Shown: positions 1 to 9,076 of the stretch, piece after piece
Numbering within the stretch: the stretch's first letter is position 1
Layout of the letters: every line of letters starts with the position of its first letter
Source: an uncultured virus (IMG/VR IMGVR_UViG_3300011741_000001)
Taxonomy: Duplodnaviria > Heunggongvirae > Uroviricota > Caudoviricetes
DNA: 53,534 nt
Virus record (IMG/VR): IMGVR_UViG_3300011741_000001
Coordinates: 186,001 to 239,534 of that record
Direction: 5' to 3' (one strand)
Program-made: the position numbers and the translations under genes
The notes under the pieces: generated by a model
Database searches by the model: none
What the model saw: the letters and a program-made list of their open reading frames with translations, nothing else
What the model was told of the DNA's origin: nothing

Positions 1-990
1 CTTGTCGTTGTCGTACGCCAACCCGTACTCTTTCGAGATAAGGTCTGCGGTGGACACCAGTGTCAGGTCACGACCACTGTCACGTTCTTTGTAGTTGAGC
101 GATTCCGCGTACCCAGTGGGTTTCGGTACGAGGTCAGCTTCTTCCCCGGTGGACGGGTCATGAATCAGCTGCGACACGTTATACGCCACCGCCGGCATAC
201 TCCAGCCCGTCAGGAAGGCATCCACCATGCTGTCGAAGATGGTTTGTTTGCCGGAGTTACGTTCCCAGTAGCGGATGTTCCGGTACAGAATGAACTTCTG
301 CTTCTGAGTCAGGTACGGGATGAATTCGTGTAGCGACTGGTGCGAGGCCAGGAACTCGGTCACGTGGAACGAGTGGGTTTCCACCGTGTGCACTTTCTTC
401 TGGCGCAGGAACATCAACTGGCCGGGAATCGCCGGGAACAGTTTCAGGTAGAAGCCCAACACGAACGCATCGTTGTGGACTTTCCACCCGTCGGCCATAA
501 AGCGCACGTGCGTCATGTACAACCAGCGCTCGAGGTCACCAATCAGTGCCGTCTCCTGCGATTCGACCAGTTTCGCATCGTAATACAGGACAGCGCAATC
601 ATTTGCAGGTACCGAGACCGACATGGGAATTGGCCAGAACACCCCTTTGATATAATGGACGTAATCCAGATTATCAAGGATGAGCTGATCGATGTACGTA
701 TCGGGGTCGCTGCGATAAAGATTCGAGGTTTTCTTATGACGGGCGAGGTTCGCTATAGTCAACTCGATGTCTTGCTTCGTATCTAATGACCTTATTAACA
801 ACGGCTTGTCTGTTTCATGACGAATCCCCGCAAGGTGTTGGTAATAACGCCATGTGCTACGATCATCAAGAACGCTTTTGCCACTCTCAATAATGGCCAG
901 ATTCATTTGCTGCGCAATCGTATCGGATTTAAAGATGAGCGATTTTGCCAGCGCTATGTTCTGGTCGCGATAAATATTGAACCTTTGCAT
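1..990 (-). CDS. Virion structural (probable baseplate) protein, phiKZ gp128-like; 5' part only, runs off the window
   Basis: Not in the ORF track. Manual reading gives an open minus frame from ATG 990 to position 1 (MQRFNIYRDQNIALAKSLIFKS...WRYYQHLAG...SLDT...YLTQKQKFILYRNIRYW), divergent from the portal as in phiKZ-like phages. Confidence 0.7.
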   Translation of the reverse strand, partial: MQRFNIYRDQNIALAKSLIFKSDTIAQQMNLAIIESGKSVLDDRSTWRYYQHLAGIRHETDKPLLIRSLDTKQDIELTIANLARHKKTSNLYRSDPDTYIDQLILDNLDYVHYIKGVFWPIPMSVSVPANDCAVLYYDAKLVESQETALIGDLERWLYMTHVRFMADGWKVHNDAFVLGFYLKLFPAIPGQLMFLRQKKVHTVETHSFHVTEFLASHQSLHEFIPYLTQKQKFILYRNIRYWERNSGKQTIFDSMVDAFLTGWSMPAVAYNVSQLIHDPSTGEEADLVPKPTGYAESLNYKERDSGRDLTLVSTADLISKEYGLAYDNDK

Positions 991-1004
991 TTACGGAGAC
1001 CCCA

Positions 1005-3788
1005 ATGGATGATATCAAAAAGCTGGCGTCACGCGACCCAGCCGTTGCCGCATTGTTGCGCAAGGCAACCGGGCCCAGTGCCGGTCAGGAGCGTGGTAAG
1101 CGAGAAGAGGGTGGTACAACCCCAACGCGTACTGAATTAACCAGCTTAGCCAGTGCACGTATCCGAACTATCCGTAACTCGGAGAAAATCTTTCAGGCAC
1201 TGCCTGAGTTAGAGACGATTATCACCATTGCGGTATCGACCTTACTCTCTACAAAAGATTTGATCAACACGTCAATTGTCTACGACTCCAAAGCGGATAT
1301 TCCGTTGGATTTGCTGGCTGACCTGATTGAAAACGTGCGTGATTTCAATGACCACGAACGTGGCTTGCCGGGCAAGCTCTATAACTGGATGTACGATGCT
1401 TACCGTTCCAAAGGTGCCACCCCGGTACTGTTCATCTCTGATGCGGGCTTCGATGAGTTGTTTAAACTCGAAGGCGTAAAACCGGATGAAGCACTCGGTG
1501 TAGGCGGGCTGGATGCGAAGGTCGCGCAGGAGTCTACCCGCCGTACCCAACGCTTTGCCAACTACTTTGAAGCTCAGCAGGGCCATCTCGGCTTTATCGA
1601 CAAAAGCGATAAACCGCTGGTCGGTCTGGAAAGCATCCTGCGTCGCAAAACCAGTAAGCCGGCGGGTCCGCAGAAACTCAATCTGGATCTGAGTGAACTG
1701 TTCGAATCCGGTAAAGGTGATACCTTAACACTCACGGTGACCGACAACGCCCGCATTTATCTGGCCGGTGAAGCCTTCCGTCGTGTGGCACACGAAAACG
1801 CCCGTAGCAGCCTATACGGACAGTTGGAACAGACTGCATATGAACAGGTGCATGGTGGTCTGGCTGAGCGTTTTGACGGGGATAAATTCCAGGACGCCAA
1901 CGACAAGAAACAGAAGTGGATGAACATCTCGGATCTCAATGAGACCTACCGCACCACGCCAGAACAAATGGCGTACGCAGAGATTCCTTCACTGTCCATC
2001 ACAGATGAAAACCACCTTGAGTTTACCGAGCGTGTGTTACCGGCAGAATCAACCCTGCCTGTGATTATCGCGGGGATGACACAAGACCCGATTGGGTATC
2101 TGGGGATTATCGATGAGATGGGGAACTTCATTAACACGAACTCCTCGCTCTACGGTGATGCGAACTTCATGAATTACCTGAATAATGACGGGGCGTCGGA
2201 TTCTGTTGTGAACCGTGCTAACCTCGGCATGGGTAATGGTCAGAAGGTCACACCTGAAATCTCCAATCGTCTTACTGCACGCTTTGGCGAGTTAGCCGAA
2301 GGTCAGTTAGCCGATGCGCTGTCACAGGCGTTGGGCGGTGCTGAGCTCGATATCGGCATCACCGAGATGTTCTCTCGCGTGGTACTGACCCGTCACTTGG
2401 CGAAACGTTACACGCAGGTGGTGTACATCCCAGCTGCGAACCTGTGCTACTTTGCCACGGATTTCGATGACAACGGTATCGGTGTGTCGATTACCGAGCG
2501 TTCGTTTGTTATCTCGACCATCCGTATGGCGCTGCTGTTTGCCCAGATGAATGCCGCGGTACTGAACTCCTCACGTCACATGCAGTACGACATTCAGTTG
2601 TCACCGGATGCGATGAACGGGAAAGAAGCAGTTGACCGTATCAAGTCCGATATCCTGAACTCCTACAACCGTCGTATGCCGATGTGGGGGAACATGGAAG
2701 ATGCGTGGGCGATGGGGGCAAATGCCGGTATCTCGTTCAACGTGGAAGGGAACGAATACTACCAGTCGCACAAAGTGAGTGTGTCGGATAACACGCCAGA
2801 CTATAAAGAGCCGGACATGGACTTCGACAAAGAGTTACTGCGTCGTACCTGTCAGATTGCAAACGTTGACCCGGATTTAGTATTGACGCCGGACGCCATT
2901 GAGTTCGCTTCGCAGATTTACTCGAAGTCCTTACTGGTGACCCAGCAGATTTACAAGAAGCAGGAAATCCTGAAGAAGCCGATGACCAAGTACGTGGTAA
3001 ACGGTTGCTTAGCGTCACCGCGTCTGCAGTCGCGTATGATTGAAACCATTGCGAACTTCCTGAAAGCCACTGGCGGTGAGAAAAACGCCGTGGAGCTCAC
3101 GAAAGAAATCAATGAGATTCTGCGTAAGTTCATCAACGGTCTGGCTGTGAGCCTGCCACCACCGGATACTTCTGCTGCCAGCTCGCAGATGGACCTGTTC
3201 GACAAACGTGTAGAGTTCTTCGACAAACTCGCCGACATGGTTGTCACTGAGGATTTGACCAACAGCCTGAACAACGCTGGCATTAAGATGGACGCCAACG
3301 ACATGAAGACCATGGTCAAAACCTACTACGTCCGTCAGTGGCTGCGTAAGCAGGGGATTGAGAACGACTTCTTCGATCTGGTGTACGACAAAGACACCCG
3401 CGAAGATACCATTCAGGCCATCTCGAACGAAGTCAAAGACGCGACTGAGTTCCTCATGGGTCTGGCGAACCGTGCGGCCGGTAAGATTGATACCGTGGCC
3501 AAACAGAAAGGCGACCCGAACGGGGGTGGCTTTGACGGCGGTGGAGGCGGAGACGGGGACTTCGGTAGTGACGATGATGGGTTAGGCGGTGACAACGAGT
3601 TCGGAGATGACGATCTGGGCGGTGATGAAGGCGACACAGGAGGTGGCGATGGAGACGGTCTCGGAGGAGACGGTGACGACGGTTTAGGTGGGGACGGAGA
3701 CAGCAACGACGGTGACGGTGCAGCATTAGCCGACGGCGACGACAATGCTGGGGACGCCAACCCGGACGACGACGAAAACCAAGTCTAA
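1005..3788 (+). CDS. Portal protein (phiKZ gp129 / SPN3US gp81-like), 927 aa
   Basis: Size, synteny near capsid and RNAP genes, GGAG SD, VAQES protease site, acidic Gly/Asp C-terminal tail. Confidence 0.75.
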   Translation: MDDIKKLASRDPAVAALLRKATGPSAGQERGKREEGGTTPTRTELTSLASARIRTIRNSEKIFQALPELETIITIAVSTLLSTKDLINTSIVYDSKADIPLDLLADLIENVRDFNDHERGLPGKLYNWMYDAYRSKGATPVLFISDAGFDELFKLEGVKPDEALGVGGLDAKVAQESTRRTQRFANYFEAQQGHLGFIDKSDKPLVGLESILRRKTSKPAGPQKLNLDLSELFESGKGDTLTLTVTDNARIYLAGEAFRRVAHENARSSLYGQLEQTAYEQVHGGLAERFDGDKFQDANDKKQKWMNISDLNETYRTTPEQMAYAEIPSLSITDENHLEFTERVLPAESTLPVIIAGMTQDPIGYLGIIDEMGNFINTNSSLYGDANFMNYLNNDGASDSVVNRANLGMGNGQKVTPEISNRLTARFGELAEGQLADALSQALGGAELDIGITEMFSRVVLTRHLAKRYTQVVYIPAANLCYFATDFDDNGIGVSITERSFVISTIRMALLFAQMNAAVLNSSRHMQYDIQLSPDAMNGKEAVDRIKSDILNSYNRRMPMWGNMEDAWAMGANAGISFNVEGNEYYQSHKVSVSDNTPDYKEPDMDFDKELLRRTCQIANVDPDLVLTPDAIEFASQIYSKSLLVTQQIYKKQEILKKPMTKYVVNGCLASPRLQSRMIETIANFLKATGGEKNAVELTKEINEILRKFINGLAVSLPPPDTSAASSQMDLFDKRVEFFDKLADMVVTEDLTNSLNNAGIKMDANDMKTMVKTYYVRQWLRKQGIENDFFDLVYDKDTREDTIQAISNEVKDATEFLMGLANRAAGKIDTVAKQKGDPNGGGFDGGGGGDGDFGSDDDGLGGDNEFGDDDLGGDEGDTGGGDGDGLGGDGDDGLGGDGDSNDGDGAALADGDDNAGDANPDDDENQV

Positions 3789-3790
3789 CC

Positions 3791-3853
3791 AAAAAAAAAT
3801 AAGTAGTGGCGAAGTACCTACCTCCTGATGGAGGTAGGTTACTTTTATTTTTC
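3791..3853. terminator. Bidirectional intrinsic terminator
   Basis: Stem acctacctcc-tgat-ggaggtaggt (3816-3839) with an A-tract before and a T-tract after, between convergent genes. Confidence 0.8.
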
Positions 3854-4042
3854 GGGGTCGAGCAGCCAATCGATGGTATCAGCATCACGACGACGCACTT
3901 TAGATGCGCCAATATGCCGCGTCTGCAGCTCTCGTGTACGTGATACATCATTGACAAACCACGAATGTTCTTTTTCAAACTTGCGTTTCAGGAACCGCTC
4001 GAGACCTTTCTGTTTCTTACCACGGTACTGAGCCTTTTTCAT
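3845..4042 (-). CDS. Small basic hypothetical protein, 65 aa
   Basis: Last ORF of a tightly packed minus-strand cluster; GGA SD; K/R-rich. Confidence 0.6.
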   Translation of the reverse strand: MKKAQYRGKKQKGLERFLKRKFEKEHSWFVNDVSRTRELQTRHIGASKVRRRDADTIDWLLDPEK

Positions 4043-4274
4043 TCAACTGTCCTATTTTCTTAATACGGATAGGCATATCCACTTCGTCATCGAAAAAGAT
4101 AACGCTACTGGTTTCAACATAGCGAACAACTGAAGGGTCAACCACAATTGGACCGCGGTGTTTTCCGCGGTTAATATACGGACTTGTCAGATATCGCTTA
4201 CTGACCCGCAGACCTTTCTTGCGTTGGAGCTTCAGATACGCGTGGTGTTTACCACGCCATTGTGGACGTTTCAT
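4017..4274 (-). CDS. Small basic hypothetical protein, 85 aa
   Basis: ATG directly follows the upstream TAA; AGGA SD; K/R-rich N-terminus. Confidence 0.6.
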   Translation of the reverse strand: MKRPQWRGKHHAYLKLQRKKGLRVSKRYLTSPYINRGKHRGPIVVDPSVVRYVETSSVIFFDDEVDMPIRIKKIGQLNEKGSVPW

Positions 4275-4379
4275 TTAACTTCCTACCGTGATATAAAGCA
4301 TGGTGCTTGCCCAACCCACAATCAAGATTACCGCAGCAATATAACCGCCACCGAGAAAGAGTTTATCGATTTCGTTCAT
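4275..4379 (-). CDS. Membrane microprotein, 34 aa (MNEIDKLFLGGGYIAAVILIVGWASTMLYITVGS)
   Basis: ATG 4379 preceded by GGGGA; one hydrophobic segment; tiles between neighbours. Confidence 0.5.
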   Translation of the reverse strand: MNEIDKLFLGGGYIAAVILIVGWASTMLYITVGS

Positions 4380-4506
4380 GATCGTCCCCGTGCACGAGTT
4401 TATCCATCCGTTTGAACCAACCGACTTCCTGCCAAATCCACAACATCCCTGCCAACGCAACCAACACACAAAACAGTATCAAGAAAAACTTAGTGACCGG
4501 GTCCAT
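4363..4506 (-). CDS. Membrane microprotein, 47 aa (MDPVTKFFLILFCVLVALAGMLWIWQEVGWFKRMDKLVHGDDHERNR)
   Basis: Manually translated, below the ORF-track cutoff; AAGGA upstream; clear TM helix; fills the gap between genes. Confidence 0.6.
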   Translation of the reverse strand: MDPVTKFFLILFCVLVALAGMLWIWQEVGWFKRMDKLVHGDDHERNR

Positions 4507-4702
4507 TCTGCCTATCCTTCTGCCATTGCAGACAATTCATCATAGCGTCAGCTACCGCCATTTCGATTAAGTGTTTTTCACGTGCACGTCGACTGGTACG
4601 TCCGATTTTGATATCACTGTAGATTGTGAAAATCAGTCCAGCGAACAATGCTAACGTAAACAATACTGAGAGTAAGATGAAGGTATAATCGGCTTCGCTC
4701 AC
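4490..4702 (-). CDS. Single-pass membrane protein, 70 aa
   Basis: AAGGAG SD, GTG start overlapping the upstream TGA, N-terminal TM helix. Confidence 0.65.
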   Translation of the reverse strand: MSEADYTFILLSVLFTLALFAGLIFTIYSDIKIGRTSRRAREKHLIEMAVADAMMNCLQWQKDRQNGPGH

Positions 4703-4815
4703 TGGTACTCCTTGATAGCCTCATCAAAGAGCTTGACGGCACGGTGAGTTTGTTGTTGACGTTTCTTACGCAGCTGTACACGACGTAATGTTGCACCTTT
4801 AGAATTCGTTTTCAT
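4699..4815 (-). CDS. Basic microprotein, 38 aa (MKTNSKGATLRRVQLRKKRQQQTHRAVKLFDEAIKEYQ)
   Basis: Manually translated; AAGGAG SD; stop overlaps the next start (GTGA). Confidence 0.6.
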   Translation of the reverse strand: MKTNSKGATLRRVQLRKKRQQQTHRAVKLFDEAIKEYQ

Positions 4816-4818
4816 TTC

Positions 4819-5148
4819 TTATTTCTCCTTACGTTTAAACCATTGATGTTCTTGCCAGCACCACGCCATTCCGGTTAAATTACCTAGTTTGCGGAGCTGA
4901 CGGGCTTCATCGGAATCGTACAAATCTTCGTGGATTTCCCATTCATCAATTGCATCCCACGAACGCTTGTGGAGGCCCACCACACACTGTTGGCGCAGTG
5001 ACCGTGAAAAAGCACGCCCCTTTCTACGGTAAAAGCGGGCAACGAACTCATCGAAGAAAAAGTAACAACACAATTCCCACGTTATCCACAGTCCCCAGAA
5101 AGCAAACAGCGCCAGACAGGCATCGCCTATCTGATACACCACTGTCAT
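4819..5148 (-). CDS. Hypothetical membrane protein, 109 aa
   Basis: ATGA overlap with the upstream gene; hydrophobic N-terminal segment. Confidence 0.6.
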   Translation of the reverse strand: MTVVYQIGDACLALFAFWGLWITWELCCYFFFDEFVARFYRRKGRAFSRSLRQQCVVGLHKRSWDAIDEWEIHEDLYDSDEARQLRKLGNLTGMAWCWQEHQWFKRKEK

Positions 5149-5588
5149 GGCATGTGTCTCGCTATGTGGTGTTGGTTACGGTAGAACTTGGCCAGCTTCT
5201 TCTGCTGGGCTTTACGTTGACGTTCAGCTTTGTGACTGCGATCCGGCTGAGGGTTAAAGGTATTCGGCATGTGCCCAATACTGTCAATCACGGTCACGCG
5301 GCCAGATGCCTGATGCTCGCGGAGCTGCTTTGCGTATTCCTGCGGGTCAGGTGGCGTCCACTCCCCTGATTCACTGAGGTGGCGGATCGCTTTCTCGTCA
5401 CGTTCACGGTAACCTTCGGTGTCAACACCCATGTCTTCAGTGAAGCGTGGGGCAGGGATTTGACCACCGTCTTCAAACTTCCCTTCGTTAAAACGTGCTA
5501 CCGGTGATTCGACAGCGACCGGCGGGTTTTCATGCATTCTTTCCAGATGCGCATTCACCTTCTGGAGTTTACGATCGAACTTGGTCAT
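5145..5588 (-). CDS. Hypothetical protein, 147 aa
   Basis: GGGAG SD; first gene after the terminator at 5616-5635. Confidence 0.7.
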   Translation of the reverse strand: MTKFDRKLQKVNAHLERMHENPPVAVESPVARFNEGKFEDGGQIPAPRFTEDMGVDTEGYRERDEKAIRHLSESGEWTPPDPQEYAKQLREHQASGRVTVIDSIGHMPNTFNPQPDRSHKAERQRKAQQKKLAKFYRNQHHIARHMP

Positions 5589-5603
5589 CAGAGTCTCCCT
5601 AAT

Positions 5604-5635
5604 AAAGAAAAAGAAAGGGAACCCGAAGGTTCCCT
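5604..5635 (-). terminator. Intrinsic terminator with UUCG loop
   Basis: Minus strand agggaacc-ttcg-ggttccct followed by a U-rich tract. Confidence 0.85.
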
Positions 5636-5642
5636 GTTTCGA

Positions 5643-7265
5643 TTAGTAACGAATCGCCGAAGTCACTTCGCCATTAGACAGCAGGAGATGTGATTTGGAC
5701 GGTAGGCTCATCATCACAACCACGTGTGCGGCTTGTGCGTAGAACTCTTCGTAGATTTCGGTTACCGGCTCAGAGGTGGCACCCAACGCATTAATGCTGA
5801 CGTGGTTGTCTTTATCCACTGAGGCATAGTTGCCCGGAATCACGATAGTAGCAATAGAGGCGGTGGTCGTTAATGCCTGACCATTACCGTCCATGTTCAC
5901 CATCAGTTTACGCAGGGACACGCCTACGGTCAGGAACAGGTCACGGAACCAGTCTTCGTGCTCAGAGATACCGTTGGCACCGGTCGTGGCTGCATACACG
6001 TTCTCTGCGAAGTATTCCAGATCTTCTGCTTTACGTTCCAGCGTCACCGTTTTACCGGTTGGCAGGTTGGTACCGCGGTTGGTGACCAGCGCGATCGCAT
6101 TGTGGGTTAACACATCGACCAGATACAGGTAGCTGTTCACGAAACGCACCGTTTCTGCGGCGAAGGTTACGGTGGAGAACTTACCGTCGTTAACCTGCTC
6201 GTGCAGTTTCTTAGCGCCGTTACCCAGTTGCTTGATGATGCTCATCACGGTTTCGATAAGCTTCTCAACGTCTTCAATATCAGACAGCGTCCTGAGACGA
6301 CCCATCGCATCACGGTGGTTCTCAAAGAACGTGCGTACCATTTCGAAATCGCTTTCCGCCATCCCCACCAGATAGGAGTTGCTGACTTCGTTCATGCGCA
6401 CACAGATGTCCGCATCTTCGTAATACACCAACGTGCTTTCGCCGTTGAAGATTTTCGCCAGTGGTGTACGCCAGTCATCGGACTCACGATACAACTTCAC
6501 ATCACTGTTGGCTTTCTTCGCAGATTTGGTGGTGTGCTCAGTTTGTACAACGAGTTCGTGCTGATCGTAGCTTTCCATATTCGGGTCCATAATGTTGATG
6601 ACAGGAGTGTTCGGGTTATCGTTCACGGTTTGCACCAGAGAGGTCACCACGTCGTTGTGGCTGTTATCCGGTACAATCTGCTGACTGGTACCCACAAACG
6701 CGTTAGCTTGCGGTTGAGGCGCTGCAGGGGCCAGAATAGAACTGGTGGCCGCACCTGACGACATACTGATGCCACTTTGTCCGGTGTTGGTGTCTGCATT
6801 CACCACCAACGGCACGTCCTGCACCAGAATACCCTGACCCGCGGAGTTACCGAGGATACTGCTACCCGTGTTATTGTTGTTGCCGCCACCCAACAATGAA
6901 CCACTGTTGTTACCGCCACCTAACAGGCTACCGCTGTTGTTCTGCGACTGGGCAGCTTTCAATGCTTCGACGGTTTTGTTCCACGTTGAAATCAGGTTGT
7001 CATGACGACCGTCCGGGAAACGTTCACCGCTTTTCACCAACATGGCGTACGCAGCCGCTTTGAAGGAGTCTACCATAGTGGCGATGATAGTCTGTTCGGC
7101 GACACTACGGCCGGCAAGCAGGGTACCAATCGCGGCGGCAATTTCTGCCGGCTCCTTCAGGTTGAGACCTTTGGTGTTCGCAGCCTGTTGGATAGCACGC
7201 AGTGTCTCGTCATTGTTTTTGGCGTTGGCGAGAACCTGCTGAACTTGATTAATAGTGATAGACAT
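5643..7265 (-). CDS. Hypothetical protein following the nvRNAP beta gene, 540 aa
   Basis: Long ORF, AAGGAG SD, low-complexity N/G/S linker. Confidence 0.8.
   Translation of the reverse strand: MSITINQVQQVLANAKNNDETLRAIQQAANTKGLNLKEPAEIAAAIGTLLAGRSVAEQTIIATMVDSFKAAAYAMLVKSGERFPDGRHDNLISTWNKTVEALKAAQSQNNSGSLLGGGNNSGSLLGGGNNNNTGSSILGNSAGQGILVQDVPLVVNADTNTGQSGISMSSGAATSSILAPAAPQPQANAFVGTSQQIVPDNSHNDVVTSLVQTVNDNPNTPVINIMDPNMESYDQHELVVQTEHTTKSAKKANSDVKLYRESDDWRTPLAKIFNGESTLVYYEDADICVRMNEVSNSYLVGMAESDFEMVRTFFENHRDAMGRLRTLSDIEDVEKLIETVMSIIKQLGNGAKKLHEQVNDGKFSTVTFAAETVRFVNSYLYLVDVLTHNAIALVTNRGTNLPTGKTVTLERKAEDLEYFAENVYAATTGANGISEHEDWFRDLFLTVGVSLRKLMVNMDGNGQALTTTASIATIVIPGNYASVDKDNHVSINALGATSEPVTEIYEEFYAQAAHVVVMMSLPSKSHLLLSNGEVTSAIRY
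6882..6941 (-). repeat. Tandem 30-nt coding repeat (NNSGSLLGGG x2)
   Basis: Two identical decapeptides with synonymous codon differences, followed by a degenerate third copy (NTGSSILG). Confidence 0.85.
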
Positions 7266-7295
7266 GCTGAAATGCTCCTTACTGGGGTATATGGT

Positions 7296-9065
7296 TTAAC
7301 GACCAATCTTGGCAAGATCTTCTTCTGCTTTACGGATGGCCGGGTCTAATTTCGGGTTACGTTCCATGACCAGAGTACGTGAGGTTTTCATGTACGGGTT
7401 CAGGATGCCGTATTTGTACGGGCTGGACTTCGGTATGTAATAGATGTTACCGAGTTCCGCGTGCGACGCACTCGCGTGTTTCGTACGGTCATTCAGGTTA
7501 ACGGTCTTGCCGGACTTCTTGTTCTTGGCATCCGTTTCCGTTTGTGAGATAGCGTGGGTTGAAACTGCCAACACCATACTTTCACTGGCGGCATTAAAGA
7601 AGCTAATCGCACCGTTCGCTGTGATGTTACGCGTGACCAGATTGAACGACACCTTCTTATTCAGGTTATCGCGAATCGTGTCCGCACAGCTGGCAGGCGA
7701 TTTGTTGTCTAACCCTTCGAGCTTCCAGCGGATTGAGGAGATCGTACTGGTGAACCCTTGTGGGCCGAGCAACAGATAATCCACCACGGTGAGGCGTTTG
7801 CCATACATCGACGGGATGTCATCCTGTCGGGTCAGACGCGTACGAATCATCAGTTTGGTGGTGTACATCAGGAAGTCAAACATGTCCATGTCCGGGTCGA
7901 CATCCGGATCGTTGACCATCAACTCCCCACGGAACGTATCGTTAACATAACGGCCACACTCGATAAAGTGCGTGGTCATGCTACGATGCAAATCCACATC
8001 CGAGGTTTTGGTGCCCATGATACTGCGGCCCAGAATCTCTTTCCAGATCTCCGGTGAGTTCAGGTTCTCGAGATCCTCTTCCTGCGCGAATTCATCGAGA
8101 CGACTGAACAGCGGCGACAGGCTGGCACTTGGGCCACCACGGGCATTCTGTTTGGTGGCATAATGGTGCGCGGCTTTAAAGAACGCCCCACACATCACCA
8201 GCAAGATATGCTCGTCTTGTTCCCAACGCGGTTTGTCCATGTTCGGGAATGCCGACATCGGAAGCTTCAACGCGTACTGAATCGTACGGGAGACTTTCGG
8301 ATCAGCACCGCTCGAGATAACCACGTTGTTCTGCAGATCCATTTCCGGGATTTTATACGCCGGAATGATTTCGACATCGACACCCGTATAGCGTTTGATC
8401 GCTTCACGGAACCCGTATTTACCAAACAGCCAATAGACCAGCGGCTTCTCATCCGCATCGTGACCGGTTGGGTTCTTCGCCGAATAGAGGTTCAACGTAC
8501 CCGGCAGGTACAGTTCCTCTTTACGGCCATTCACCAGAATCTTGACGGAGCGACGACAGTTCTTCAACGACACCTTACGGGTGAAGTCAAAGTTGACGAA
8601 CAAGCCACCGTGCTCACGACAAATCCCCGGCTGGTGAATCACCGGAGCCACGTGATAACTGGTACCCCAATAGTTCATTAATCCACCGCGTCGGATAAAC
8701 GGCAGATACAACGGACGGTTAACTTTATACCCTCCCGGCAAACGGAACATCGCCGAGATCATATACGTGTCCGTTGACGCAATCGGAATGGCGCTGCGCC
8801 CTTTCCCATTACGTGAATCCTGACGGTGTATTTTGAAGACATACGCTTCAAACGGTGACATAAAGCGATAGCCCAGATAGGCCAAGCCTTCAGGCAATCG
8901 AGGATTCGACTCGCGGTCGTGGGTCAGCTCACGTTTGAGGATAGTGTTCACACGTTGGTGAATCCCGTCCTTCGCCTGTGTATAGCCCACACCCTCTGCG
9001 ATTGCTCGGTTGAACTTAGGAATACGCCCCGACTCTTTAAGTCGTTTAATGGCATCTTTAAACAC
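7296..9065 (-). CDS. rpoB: Non-virion RNA polymerase beta subunit, N-terminal part (phiKZ gp123-like), 589 aa
   Basis: LYLPF...G..Y...PV, GKRL, and C-terminal HASHAELGNIYYIPKSSP motifs echo RpoB conserved regions; position near the capsid gene. Confidence 0.8.
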   Translation of the reverse strand: MFKDAIKRLKESGRIPKFNRAIAEGVGYTQAKDGIHQRVNTILKRELTHDRESNPRLPEGLAYLGYRFMSPFEAYVFKIHRQDSRNGKGRSAIPIASTDTYMISAMFRLPGGYKVNRPLYLPFIRRGGLMNYWGTSYHVAPVIHQPGICREHGGLFVNFDFTRKVSLKNCRRSVKILVNGRKEELYLPGTLNLYSAKNPTGHDADEKPLVYWLFGKYGFREAIKRYTGVDVEIIPAYKIPEMDLQNNVVISSGADPKVSRTIQYALKLPMSAFPNMDKPRWEQDEHILLVMCGAFFKAAHHYATKQNARGGPSASLSPLFSRLDEFAQEEDLENLNSPEIWKEILGRSIMGTKTSDVDLHRSMTTHFIECGRYVNDTFRGELMVNDPDVDPDMDMFDFLMYTTKLMIRTRLTRQDDIPSMYGKRLTVVDYLLLGPQGFTSTISSIRWKLEGLDNKSPASCADTIRDNLNKKVSFNLVTRNITANGAISFFNAASESMVLAVSTHAISQTETDAKNKKSGKTVNLNDRTKHASASHAELGNIYYIPKSSPYKYGILNPYMKTSRTLVMERNPKLDPAIRKAEEDLAKIGR

Positions 9066-9076
9066 GCGTCACCTCG

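Noticed and set aside
340..1140. Plus-strand ORFs 340-786 and 817-1140
   Set aside because: Shadows of the real minus-strand gene 1-990 and the portal start.
3413..3978. Ser/Pro-rich and Arg/His-rich minus ORFs
   Set aside because: Antisense by-products of the portal Gly/Asp repeat.
4614..4796. 60-aa ORF in the track
   Set aside because: The 38-aa and 70-aa ORFs in other frames have better SDs and tile with GTGA coupling.
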